A DNA stretch of 64,000 nucleotides from Nitrospirota bacterium. GTDB taxonomy: Bacteria; Nitrospirota; Thermodesulfovibrionia; Thermodesulfovibrionales; JdFR-85. The translations under genes and the position numbers were made by a program. The notes under the pieces were generated by a model. The model was not told the origin of the DNA and did not search any database. It saw nothing but the letters and a program-made list of their open reading frames with translations. Shown here piece after piece: positions 18,110-27,673 of the stretch (the first letter of the stretch is position 1; the number at the start of each line of letters is the position of its first letter). Location: contig JAADGG010000067.1 in assembly GCA_013152485.1 (NCBI GenBank), positions 15,902-79,901 on the forward strand, read 5' to 3'.

Positions 18110-18856
18110 ATGTCGTTACAAAGAGAATTGAAACGTCACGGAGATTTCCTGTTCAGGCATAGAAGCTACATTCCTGTGCTCTTTCTGCCGGTTCTGCTGC
18201 TGGCGTTGAAGAACTCCGAATACATTGAGCAATACTTTGGAGATACGATAGAAGACATATGGGAGCTTTGTTGTATTGGAATCTCTTTTGCGGGGCTTTT
18301 GGTGAGGGGCATAACCGTTGGGTATGTCCCTGAAGGAACTTCCGGCCGGAACACGAAACAACAGAAGGCAAGCTGTCTCAACACCACTGGTATGTATTCA
18401 TTGGTCAGGCACCCGCTTTACCTGGGCAACTTCTTGATCATGCTGGGTATGACGATGTTTACCCAGGTGTGGTGGCTCATGTTGATTTCCATCCTGGCCT
18501 TCTGGCTGTACTATGAAAGAATAATGTTTGCGGAGGAAGAGTTCCTGAAGGAAAAATTCGGGGACTTGTTCCTGGAATGGGCCGAGAATACCCCTGCGTT
18601 TTTACCAAGGATTCAAGGATGGCGGAAGCCGGACCTGCCTTTTTCTTTGAGAACGGTTCTGAAGAGGGAATACACGGGGTTTTTCGTGATTACATCCGCC
18701 TTTACGTTTCTTGAAGTTGTCGGAGATGCGATCGGAGAGCATGAGTTCGAATTTGACGATGGCTGGAAGGTCTTCTTTGTCGTCGGGTTGACGGTATATG
18801 TGACGTTGAGGACAATAAAGAAGAGAACCCGGCTGTTTCACGTCAGCGGACGATAA
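18110..18856 (+). CDS. Membrane methyltransferase of the isoprenylcysteine carboxyl / phospholipid methyltransferase superfamily
   Basis: The 248-aa polytopic protein has ..GMYSLVRHPLYLGNFL..YYERIMFAEEEFL.., which is characteristic of the ICMT/PEMT-type family. Confidence 0.75.
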   Translation: MSLQRELKRHGDFLFRHRSYIPVLFLPVLLLALKNSEYIEQYFGDTIEDIWELCCIGISFAGLLVRGITVGYVPEGTSGRNTKQQKASCLNTTGMYSLVRHPLYLGNFLIMLGMTMFTQVWWLMLISILAFWLYYERIMFAEEEFLKEKFGDLFLEWAENTPAFLPRIQGWRKPDLPFSLRTVLKREYTGFFVITSAFTFLEVVGDAIGEHEFEFDDGWKVFFVVGLTVYVTLRTIKKRTRLFHVSGR

Positions 18857-18914
18857 GCCGGAGGACGATCCTTTGCTGCGGACGGCGGGTGGTCGGGCTG
18901 ATGGTGGTGCAGGG

Positions 18915-20099
18915 ATGATGGAATCGTCGATGTCCGGCAGAGTGCTGTTGCTTCTCCTGATGAGTCTGGTGTTGACGCATGTGATGCCGGTACGGGCTGA
19001 TGCCGGGCGGCTTGCGGCGGGGGATTCAGGGGATGTAAGGACTCTGCGCAACCGTTATCTGGACACGTTTGAGCAATACTCCGCATCGGTAGTCGACCTG
19101 ATCTCTGAGCGCAGGTATCAGCAGGCGAGTAATGCCCTGGAGGAGTGGAGCAAAAGCCTGGAACAGGCCGGGACGGTGCTGAACGAAAGGCAACGGCTTT
19201 TCAGTTATTCCCGCCTGCAGACGATGTGGGGTTACCTGTGGGAAAGCAAGGGGCTGGCCGCCTACTTCCTCGACGGCGACTACATCAATGCGCCTCGATT
19301 CTTCGAGAAGGCCCGTATCCACCATGAGCGGGCGAAGAAGTTGCTTTCCAGGGTCCGATTCCCCGAAGGTGCGCCGGCACAGGCCTTTGAGATGCAGAGG
19401 AAGATGGTGGCGATGATGGATGCCGAGGCCGAGCGTGTCAGGGGCATGAAGTTGTTGGTGGAGGGCGACTACGAGTCGGAAACAGCCAACTTTACGCGTG
19501 GCATCAGGCTGCTGGAAGAGGCTGCCCGAACCCTCGAGGAGGCTCAGGCCAGGTATCCGGAAGGAGTTCAAGGAAGCGACGCTGTCGCCGCTGTCCTGGG
19601 GGAGGGAAGGCGATCGCTAAACTTCATAGATTTCACCAAGGCACTGCTGCATCGTGCCAGATCGGACCGGGCACTGTTTCAGGGCGACCTGCTGACGGCC
19701 GCCGATGAACAGAAAAACCGTGCCGAGGCCCTGGAAAGGTCCAGGACGATGCACCTGCGCGCCGATGATCCGCTTCACGAGGGCTTTGCCAAGCGGCTTA
19801 CCCGTGACATCCACATAAGCTACAAGCGTCAGGACAACCTGCTGGCCCAGGCGGAAAAACAGTCGAAGTGGGCCTGGGTCTGGGCTCTTGGTTTCTTTGT
19901 GCTGGCGATCGGTTCCGTGGTCTTGTTCGTCTGGCTATCGGAACGCTTCGAGTTGGTACGGAACCGGATGGTCTTCGCACTCCTGCTCTTGTTCGTGATC
20001 GCCGTGGCCGGAATCGGTGCGCGGCAGGTGAAGTGGAAAGATGCCGCTATCTGGTTCAAGGGTGCGTTGAGCACGGTGTTGGGGCAGGAAAAACAATGA
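18915..20099 (+). CDS. Hypothetical protein with a signal peptide, a roughly 300-aa all-helical exported domain and two C-terminal TM helices
   Basis: The ORF is 18873..20099. The ATG at 18915 precedes a signal-like segment (VLLLLLMSLVLTHVMPVRA). No family was recognised. Confidence 0.6.
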   Translation: MMESSMSGRVLLLLLMSLVLTHVMPVRADAGRLAAGDSGDVRTLRNRYLDTFEQYSASVVDLISERRYQQASNALEEWSKSLEQAGTVLNERQRLFSYSRLQTMWGYLWESKGLAAYFLDGDYINAPRFFEKARIHHERAKKLLSRVRFPEGAPAQAFEMQRKMVAMMDAEAERVRGMKLLVEGDYESETANFTRGIRLLEEAARTLEEAQARYPEGVQGSDAVAAVLGEGRRSLNFIDFTKALLHRARSDRALFQGDLLTAADEQKNRAEALERSRTMHLRADDPLHEGFAKRLTRDIHISYKRQDNLLAQAEKQSKWAWVWALGFFVLAIGSVVLFVWLSERFELVRNRMVFALLLLFVIAVAGIGARQVKWKDAAIWFKGALSTVLGQEKQ

Positions 20100-20555
20100 T
20101 CCGAGGGGGCAAGCAAGGCGGAGTTCGAGGAGAATACGGTCCGGGCTGTCCGTTCTTCCCGCCGACATCACGCAGAAGCTCGCCGGAGATTCTCCATCAA
20201 CCGGGAAGAGGTCTCACCGTGCAAGAAGACACCCCTTGTGACATTTGAAATTGTCAGGTTTTCCTGGTAAAATTATTCGGAAGGGGGGCGGCTCTGGATC
20301 GGGGCAATGTTCATCAGCCGATTCTTGCCGTGCCGGCAGAAGTGTTTTCAAGGTTGACGGGGCGGGGCGATTCAGCACTTGAGCCCGCCTTGAGAGACTG
20401 TTTGTGAGGCGATGTGCCTTTTGTTGCCTGATGTATACTGTGAGGGGGATGATTTCAGCCAGGGGGGAATCTCGCGATTGCTTCAGGGATGAATCCGTAC
20501 GAAGCTCCAGCGGCCTGCCTGTAACACTGAGTAACCGGATCGTAAAGACAGACTG

Positions 20556-23468
20556 ATGTCGAGCAGGACAAACTTCAGAAGTGAACCGTGGCTCTGGTTC
20601 GTTCTCGTATCAGTGCTGGCTGTCGGGGTCGTTGCCGCCGGCTACTGGTATGACCGGAAGCAGGTTCAACTGGTCCGCGACTCAAAGTATCACGAGCTCA
20701 GGTCCATAGCGCAGCTGAAGATCAATCAGATAGTCGCCTGGCGCAACAAAGCCATATTCGGTGTCCAGGTCTATGCATCCAGTCCGCTGTTCAGGGAATC
20801 TGCAGTCAGGTGGCTGCAGGAGGGTGGAAGTCCCCGACTGAGAGATCAAATCCTCGAGGCGTGGGAACTGACCCGAAAGTTTGACGGGATCAACAACATA
20901 ATACTCGCCGGTCCGGACGGCAGCATAAAGTTGTCGCTCAATCCCGGAGTTGCCGGGCTGAGTCCCGTCACCAGGATGATGGTTGACAAGGCTGCAACCA
21001 CTGGAGACGTTGTGTTCGGTGACTTCTTCCGCAGCCCGTCAGACGGTGCCGTATATGTTGATGTGACGGCACCGGTTCTTGATGCATCGGGCCGGCCGGT
21101 TGCAGTGCTCGTTCTGCAGCTCGATCCGGCCAAGGACCTCTATCCACTGATCGGGTTCTGGCCGAACCCGAGCCCGAGTTCTGAAACGCTGCTCGTGAGC
21201 AGGAAGCAGGGACAGGCGCTGTTTCTGAACAGGTTGCAGCAGGGAGCTGCAAGAGGAATCGTCCCGCTGACCCGGCTGACCGATGCGGATGTTCAGTGGA
21301 TGTCGGGGAGGGAAGGCCTTTTCGAGGGCAAGGACTATCGCGGCATATCGGTCGTGGCGGATATCTCGCAGGTGCCGGGTACCGACTGGTACATGGTCAC
21401 CAAGGTGGACAAGAGCGAGATCCTGGCCGATGCCCGCCAGCGCTCGCTCTACATAGGGATGATAGTGGTTCTTCTGCTGGTGCTGGCCGGCACGGGAAGC
21501 GGCTTGATCTACAGACACCAGCGGGCGAAAATCTACCGGAAGCTGTACAGCGCCGAAAAGGAGCACAACGATATCCTGGAGGAGTTTCGCATCACTCTCT
21601 ACAGTATCGGAGACGGCGTTATCTCGATGGACAAGCTCGGAAGGATCCGTCACATGAACCCGGTGGCCGAGAAACTCACCGGCTGGAGTGAAGCCGAGGC
21701 CAAGGGCAGACCTCTCGGTGATGTGTTCCGCATCATCCACGAAAAGACCCGCGAGATGTTGAATGATCCGGCAGCGAGAGTCCTCAACAGGGGTGGGATC
21801 GTGAAGCTGCCGGACGATGTCCTGCTGGTGTCACGTGACGGGACGGAGCATCCGATCGCCGACAGTGCTGCGCCTATCAACGGTGGAAGCGACAGACTGA
21901 TAGGCATCGTGCTGGTCTTCAGTGATGTTACAAAGGAGCGTGAGGCGAGGCGCGCACTGCGTGAAAGTGAAAGACGTTATCGTGACTTTTTCATGGAGGA
22001 TATTACGGGAGACTTTATCTTGGCCCCTGACGGAGAACTGCTGGACTGCAACCCGGCCTTTCTCAGGATCATGGGATTCAAGTCCGTAGAGGAGGCCAGG
22101 AAACACAACTTGACGACCATGTTCTCCTCTCCTGAAGCAGGTGAGGACCTCATAAACCTTCTTCGCAAGGAGAAGAGGGTGCTCGACCATGAAATCGAAA
22201 TAAGGCGTGCGGACGGAAAGCCGATCGAGGTGATCGAGAACGTCATCGGAAAATTCGACGACAGCGGCAACCTTGTCGGCATTCAGGGCTACCTGTTCGA
22301 TGTTACCGGACGGAAGAGGCTGGAACGGCAGCTCCTTCAGGCTCAGAAGATGGAAGCCGTGGGCCGGCTGGCCGGCGGCGTGGCCCACGACTTCAACAAT
22401 CAGCTGAGCGTGATCATCGGATACAGTGAAATGGCGTTGGAGGAGGAGCCTCCCGGCAGCGTACGTCACGATTACTTTCAGGAGATCCTGAAGGCCGCGC
22501 AGCACTCGGCTGATCTCACGCGTCAGCTGCTGGCCTTTGCCAGACAGCAGATCATTGCTCCCAAGGTGCTGGACCTGAACGATGCCGTGACGAACGTACT
22601 CAGGATGCTGCGGCGCCTCATCGGAGAGGACATCGAGCTGATCTGGAGACCCGGGGAGGGGCTTTACAAGGTGAAGATCGATCCGGCACAGATTGACCAG
22701 ATACTTGCAAACCTGCTGGTCAACGCAAGGGACTCGATCAGCGGCGTTGGGAGGATCGTCATCAGGACAGAGAATGTCACGTTCGATGAAGCCTACTGCG
22801 CCGATCATTTAGGCTTCATCCCCGGCGAGTTTGTCATGCTCGAGGTGAGCGACAATGGTTGCGGCATGGACAAGGAGACCCTTGACAATATCTTCGAACC
22901 TTTCTTTTCCACAAAGGAGAGCGGCAAGGGAACGGGCCTCGGGCTTGCAACCGTATACGGCATCGTGAAGCAGAACGAGGGCTTCATCAACGTCTACAGC
23001 GAACCCGGGGAAGGGACCATCTTCAGGATTTATCTGCGCCGGTTTGTCGAAGAATCGGCTCCGGTCCCGGAGCCTGCCGCTCCCGGGAGGATTCAGCGTG
23101 GTTCGGAAACCGTACTGCTGGTCGAAGACGAGGTGCTGATCATGAAGATGGCCAGGAGGATGCTCGAGAGGCTCGGATACACGGTGTTGACGGCTCGCTC
23201 TCCTCTGGAGGCGTTACGCCTTGTAGAGACGTATCCCGGAGACATCGACTTGCTGATCACGGACATAGTGATGCCGGAGATGAACGGCCGGACCCTGGCC
23301 GACCGGCTCTGTTCCAAGAGACCCGCGCTCAAGTGTTTGTTCATGTCCGGCTACACGGCTGATGCCATTGCACACAGCGGTGTCCTTGAAGAGGGCGTGC
23401 ACTTCATCCAGAAGCCGTTCTCGATACGGGACCTTGCCGGTAAAGTGCGCGAGGCCCTCGACTCTTGA
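20556..23468 (+). CDS. Hybrid sensor histidine kinase/response regulator (periplasmic sensor domain, PAS x2, HisKA, HATPase, REC)
   Basis: The 970-aa protein has two TM segments flanking a roughly 260-aa periplasmic domain. It has an H-box (GGVAHDFNNQL), N/G boxes (NARD.., GTGLGLA) and a C-terminal receiver (LLVEDE..DLLITDIVMP). Confidence 0.9.
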   Translation: MSSRTNFRSEPWLWFVLVSVLAVGVVAAGYWYDRKQVQLVRDSKYHELRSIAQLKINQIVAWRNKAIFGVQVYASSPLFRESAVRWLQEGGSPRLRDQILEAWELTRKFDGINNIILAGPDGSIKLSLNPGVAGLSPVTRMMVDKAATTGDVVFGDFFRSPSDGAVYVDVTAPVLDASGRPVAVLVLQLDPAKDLYPLIGFWPNPSPSSETLLVSRKQGQALFLNRLQQGAARGIVPLTRLTDADVQWMSGREGLFEGKDYRGISVVADISQVPGTDWYMVTKVDKSEILADARQRSLYIGMIVVLLLVLAGTGSGLIYRHQRAKIYRKLYSAEKEHNDILEEFRITLYSIGDGVISMDKLGRIRHMNPVAEKLTGWSEAEAKGRPLGDVFRIIHEKTREMLNDPAARVLNRGGIVKLPDDVLLVSRDGTEHPIADSAAPINGGSDRLIGIVLVFSDVTKEREARRALRESERRYRDFFMEDITGDFILAPDGELLDCNPAFLRIMGFKSVEEARKHNLTTMFSSPEAGEDLINLLRKEKRVLDHEIEIRRADGKPIEVIENVIGKFDDSGNLVGIQGYLFDVTGRKRLERQLLQAQKMEAVGRLAGGVAHDFNNQLSVIIGYSEMALEEEPPGSVRHDYFQEILKAAQHSADLTRQLLAFARQQIIAPKVLDLNDAVTNVLRMLRRLIGEDIELIWRPGEGLYKVKIDPAQIDQILANLLVNARDSISGVGRIVIRTENVTFDEAYCADHLGFIPGEFVMLEVSDNGCGMDKETLDNIFEPFFSTKESGKGTGLGLATVYGIVKQNEGFINVYSEPGEGTIFRIYLRRFVEESAPVPEPAAPGRIQRGSETVLLVEDEVLIMKMARRMLERLGYTVLTARSPLEALRLVETYPGDIDLLITDIVMPEMNGRTLADRLCSKRPALKCLFMSGYTADAIAHSGVLEEGVHFIQKPFSIRDLAGKVREALDS

Positions 23469-23571
23469 TGGGGCATGATGCTGCACTTTTGTTTCCTGTA
23501 AGGGCGTGCGTTCCGTTGATTCATGCGGAAGAACAGACCGGAAGCGCGGCCCTGAAGAAAGGAGCACTCCG

Positions 23572-24051
23572 TCAGTTGCCGGCCCTCCCCTTCCTCGACT
23601 CTTCCAGCAGCTTCTCGAGCCTTTCAATGAACTCTGCCGAGAGCCCCTGCTCCCTTGCGCCTTCGATGATGGTCTCAAGATAGGTCCTCGATGGAGGGAA
23701 AGGCCCGTCCGGGTCCGGATTCGGGAAGTATACCCAGGCTTCGGCGGTCGAGCCGTCCGGAAGATCGACCCTGACCTTCTCCCTGTAATATCTTCCCCTG
23801 TCCACACTCTCAAAGCCGTCCAGCCTTTCAAGGTCGTCGCTGGATATGCGGTACAGCACTCCCTCCACTTCTTCCCCCGGGGCCGGAACGATCCCGGCGA
23901 CCCCTCCTCCCCAGCGTTCAGACCGGAGCACAAAGTCCAGACGGTATCCTTTCAGCCTGCCGCGGGATACGAAACGCGCCGAGGGACACCGCTGTCTCAT
24001 CTGCCGGAGGTTTATGTTTGAGGCATAGGCGAAGTAGTTCTCCGTTTTCAT
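23572..24051 (-). CDS. Gamma-glutamylcyclotransferase / AIG2-like family protein
   Basis: The 159-aa protein has ..YFAYASNINLRQM.. and ..VEGVLYRIS..LERLDGFE.., which match the GGCT-like fold signature. Confidence 0.75.
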   Translation of the reverse strand: MKTENYFAYASNINLRQMRQRCPSARFVSRGRLKGYRLDFVLRSERWGGGVAGIVPAPGEEVEGVLYRISSDDLERLDGFESVDRGRYYREKVRVDLPDGSTAEAWVYFPNPDPDGPFPPSRTYLETIIEGAREQGLSAEFIERLEKLLEESRKGRAGN

Positions 24052-24722
24052 TCCTTCTCCTTATTCTCGTCGGCTATCAGGTAGCTCGTGAGGACCCTGT
24101 CGAGAAACCCGATCCTTGTCATTATGGACCTCCAGAACAGAATCATAGAAAGTACGAGGAGAAACACCATCAAGGCGGCCGAGTCCAACGTGAAAGGCGG
24201 GACCAGGCAGAGTACGCCTGCATAGAAGAAGCAGGACGAGAAGGATCGCTTCATGAACATGAGGAGGTTGTAACGCTCGACGAATCTCCTGTGGAGTTCC
24301 GGTTTCTCCACAAAGACCTTCATCTCGAAATACAGGTGCACCGGAGTGTGTTGCAGTATCGATCCGGCCCCGCTTTCTCCCGTTATGGACTCCAGGTAGT
24401 CTTTGATCCTCTTCTCACTGCTGTCGAGTGTCCTGACAAAAGTGAAGACCCTGCCGAGCATGGCTCTGTATATGGGAAACAGAATGAAGCTCAGACTGAA
24501 GAGGAACTGTCCGATCATGTAGGAGAATATCACGAGGAGCCCGGCCGTCACTTCCGGACTGTCAGGGAGAAGGCCCCTGATCTCCCTGAAGGGATGATCG
24601 ATCGACTTAAGTCTGAGTATGGCGACGGAGAGGCCGAGGAATAGGAAGCCGGAAAAGAGATACATGAAGATGTCCCGTAGAAAAGTCGCCGCACTCGTGT
24701 AAATCGACTCGATGGTGTTCAT
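24048..24722 (-). CDS. Hypothetical polytopic membrane protein, 224 aa
   Basis: It has about 5 hydrophobic helices and a 4-nt overlap (ATGA) with the downstream GGCT-like gene. No family was recognised. Confidence 0.6.
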   Translation of the reverse strand: MNTIESIYTSAATFLRDIFMYLFSGFLFLGLSVAILRLKSIDHPFREIRGLLPDSPEVTAGLLVIFSYMIGQFLFSLSFILFPIYRAMLGRVFTFVRTLDSSEKRIKDYLESITGESGAGSILQHTPVHLYFEMKVFVEKPELHRRFVERYNLLMFMKRSFSSCFFYAGVLCLVPPFTLDSAALMVFLLVLSMILFWRSIMTRIGFLDRVLTSYLIADENKEKE

Positions 24723-25093
24723 TATCAGTCAGTCACTTTCTTATGGTATGTCATGGATATCACCTCGACCCCTGTCCTATAGTTTATCATACCCTGGGGA
24801 ACCGGTACAGGCTTCCACCCGTGACGGATCACGAAAAAACCGTCATTGACCGGCTGATGCTACGCGCGCTACAGCACTTCGTGAATGTCCGGCGAAAGTC
24901 GCTTCCTCTATCGAGACAGAGCGGACAGGCGATGCGGACATGCAAGGCTTCCGTACTCTTGAATTTGTTGCATACTGTCGTGTAAAATTGCAATGTAGGA
25001 AAGACTTTGCGATTTCTTTTGTTTGCGGCCGAGCCCGGTGCCGATCCCCGGCCGGCATGCATCCCCTGCAGCTTTCTGTTCAGGAAACCATTT

Positions 25094-26203
25094 ATGAATG
25101 TAAACGGCAGACACTATCGCACGATCTGGATCAAGGAAGACGATGAATCCGTGATCCGGATCATTGATCAGAGGCGGCTTCCACACGAGTTCACGATAGA
25201 GGACCTGGTCACTGTTGATGACATGGCCACCGCCATAAAGGATATGCATGTCAGGGGCGCGGGGCTGATCGGGGCAGCGGCAGGGTATGGAATGTATCTG
25301 GCTGCACTTGAAGCCGCCGGAAAGAGCTCCTTTGACGACCACCTGTATGCAGCAGCTGAAAAGCTCATGTCAACAAGGCCCACTGCGGTCAACCTCTCCT
25401 GGGCCGTGAAGAGACAGCTGGAGGCGGTCACGAAAGGAGACTCTCCCGCCGACAAGGTGGCCATAGCCATGAGAACTGCAAACGAGATCGCCGATGAGGA
25501 TGCCGATTTCTGCCGGAGGATCGGCGAGCACGGGGTGAGGCTCATCGAGGAGATCGCTGCAGGCAAGAACGGCCGTCCCGTCAACATCCTCACTCACTGT
25601 AACGCCGGATGGCTGGCGTTCGTCGATTACGGCTCTGCAACATCACCCATATACGCCGCCTTTGACAGGGGGATCGATGTTCACGTCTGGGTTGATGAGA
25701 CGAGGCCGAGGAATCAGGGCGCAAGCCTGACGGCGTGGGAACTCGGCCAGCACGGTGTGCCGCACACCGTGATACCAGACAATGCCGGCGGGCACCTGAT
25801 GCAGCACGGGCTCGTGGACATAGTGATCGTAGGGACGGACAGGACGACGTACACCGGAGACGTGGCAAACAAGACGGGGACGTACCTCAAGGCCCTCGCT
25901 GCGAAGGACAACAACGTGCCGTTCTACGTTGCCCTGCCCTCGTCCACCTTCGACTGGGAGATAAGAGACGGAGTAAGGGAGATCCCTATAGAGGAGAGGG
26001 GACCCGATGAGGTCGTCTACATAGAGGGCCTCTGTGACGGCGAGATCAAGAGGGTTTTGCTGACCCCCGCAGGGAGCAGGGCCGCGAATTACGCATTCGA
26101 CGTCACTCCCGCCAGGCTGGTCACGGGGCTGATCACCGAAAGGGGGATCTGTGCTGCAAATGAAGAGGCTATCCTCGGTCTCTACCCGGAGCACAGGGGC
26201 TGA
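25094..26203 (+). CDS. mtnA: S-methyl-5-thioribose-1-phosphate isomerase
   Basis: It carries ..IIDQRRLPHEF.., ..VRGAGLIGAAA.. and ..GTDRTT..GDVANKTGTY.., the eIF-2B/MtnA family motifs. I prefer the ATG at 25094 to the upstream alternative start. Confidence 0.9.
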   Translation: MNVNGRHYRTIWIKEDDESVIRIIDQRRLPHEFTIEDLVTVDDMATAIKDMHVRGAGLIGAAAGYGMYLAALEAAGKSSFDDHLYAAAEKLMSTRPTAVNLSWAVKRQLEAVTKGDSPADKVAIAMRTANEIADEDADFCRRIGEHGVRLIEEIAAGKNGRPVNILTHCNAGWLAFVDYGSATSPIYAAFDRGIDVHVWVDETRPRNQGASLTAWELGQHGVPHTVIPDNAGGHLMQHGLVDIVIVGTDRTTYTGDVANKTGTYLKALAAKDNNVPFYVALPSSTFDWEIRDGVREIPIEERGPDEVVYIEGLCDGEIKRVLLTPAGSRAANYAFDVTPARLVTGLITERGICAANEEAILGLYPEHRG

Positions 26204-26359
26204 CCACGAGGTCGTCGCCTCGTCCATCCCGTTTAAGTACGGCAACCGTTCAGGCAGTGTTGACGTCAGAGTCCTGCGTTGCTGCGGGGCTGCGCTGAGG
26301 ATGCAAAAACGAGGATCAGGGCCGACTTGTAGGACTATAAACTTTGACAAGGAGAGCGT

Positions 26360-27124
26360 ATGGAGAAGGTGAAGGTCGGGATTATCGGTGGCTCAGGGCT
26401 TGATGATCCGAAGATCATCAAGGGGGCAAAGGAGAAGAACGTGAAGACGCCTTACGGCAAACCATCGTCGCCGCTGACCGTCGGAAAGATTGACGGTGTA
26501 GACGTCGTGATACTGGCCCGCCACGGGAAGAAACACACCATATACCCCACGGCGGTCAATTACAGGGCAAACCTGAGCGCTCTGAAAAAGGAAGGATGTA
26601 CGCACATCCTCGCCACCACGGCGGTCGGTTCGCTCAGGGCGAGGATAAAGCCGGGAGACTTCGTATTCATCGACCAGTTCATAGACTTCACGAAACACCG
26701 GCCCCTCACCTTTCACGAGAAGAAGGTCATCCACACCCCGATGGCAGAGCCCTTCTGCAGCGAGCTCCGGTCGCTTCTCATCGAGACTGCAAAGGAGTTG
26801 AAGCTGAGGCACCACAAGAAGGGCACGGTGATCACGATCGAAGGTCCGAGATTCTCCACAAAGGCGGAGTCTCACATGTTCAGGGGCTTCGGCGCCGACG
26901 TCATCAACATGTCGACGGTGCCCGAGGTCATACTCGCAAGGGAGCTGGGCATCTGCTACCAGTCCATCGCGATGTCCACCGACTACGATTGCTGGAAGGA
27001 AGGCGAGGAGCCTGTTTCATGGGACATGATCGTCTCGATCATGCACCGGAACGCCGAAAACGTGAAGAGACTGATACTGAATACAATACCGAAGATCGAG
27101 GCTTCAGAACACAAGTGCAGCTGA
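26360..27124 (+). CDS. mtnP: S-methyl-5'-thioadenosine phosphorylase
   Basis: It begins ..VGIIGGSGL.. and has the PNP/MTAP family pattern. It is adjacent to mtnA. Confidence 0.9.
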   Translation: MEKVKVGIIGGSGLDDPKIIKGAKEKNVKTPYGKPSSPLTVGKIDGVDVVILARHGKKHTIYPTAVNYRANLSALKKEGCTHILATTAVGSLRARIKPGDFVFIDQFIDFTKHRPLTFHEKKVIHTPMAEPFCSELRSLLIETAKELKLRHHKKGTVITIEGPRFSTKAESHMFRGFGADVINMSTVPEVILARELGICYQSIAMSTDYDCWKEGEEPVSWDMIVSIMHRNAENVKRLILNTIPKIEASEHKCS

Positions 27125-27137
27125 AAAGGAGGAAGAG

Positions 27138-27671
27138 ATGCCGATAAAGTCGAGAATAAGGACAGTGCCCGACTATCCCAAGAAGGGGATAATGTTCAGG
27201 GACATCACCACGCTGATCAAGGACCCCGTCGGGTTCAGGCTCGTTATAGACAGCCTGACGCAGAGGTACATTACAGACACCGTTGAGTTCGATACGATCG
27301 TCGGCATAGAGTCGAGGGGATTCATAATCGGCGGTGCCCTCGCCTACACGCTCGGCAAGGGATTCATCCCCATAAGGAAGAAAGGCAAGCTGCCCGCCGA
27401 TACCATAAAGCACGAGTATGAGCTCGAGTACGGAACCGATGTCATCGAGATACACAAGGACGCCTTGAAGAGCGGAGAAAAGGTTCTTCTGGTGGACGAC
27501 CTGCTTGCAACCGGCGGTACTGCGCTGGCGTCGGCTGCCCTCATCGAGAAACTCGGGGCCGAGGTCGCGGAGATGGCCTTCATAGTCGACCTGCCCGATA
27601 TAGGCGGGCACAAGAGACTGACCGACAAGGGATACAAAGTATTTGCGTTGACAGAGTTCGAGGGGGATTAG
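27138..27671 (+). CDS. apt: Adenine phosphoribosyltransferase
   Basis: The 177-aa protein has ..DYPKKGIMFRDIT.. and the PRPP motif ..VLLVDDLLATGGT.. Confidence 0.95.
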   Translation: MPIKSRIRTVPDYPKKGIMFRDITTLIKDPVGFRLVIDSLTQRYITDTVEFDTIVGIESRGFIIGGALAYTLGKGFIPIRKKGKLPADTIKHEYELEYGTDVIEIHKDALKSGEKVLLVDDLLATGGTALASAALIEKLGAEVAEMAFIVDLPDIGGHKRLTDKGYKVFALTEFEGD

Positions 27672-27673
27672 CT

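Noticed and set aside
24723-25093. A possible SAM/SAH riboswitch in the 370-nt leader of the mtnA-mtnP-apt cluster.
   Set aside because: No S-box-like or SAH-element-like conserved strings or helices were recognisable. The only notable feature is a few GCGGACA-type words, noted under the repeat findings.
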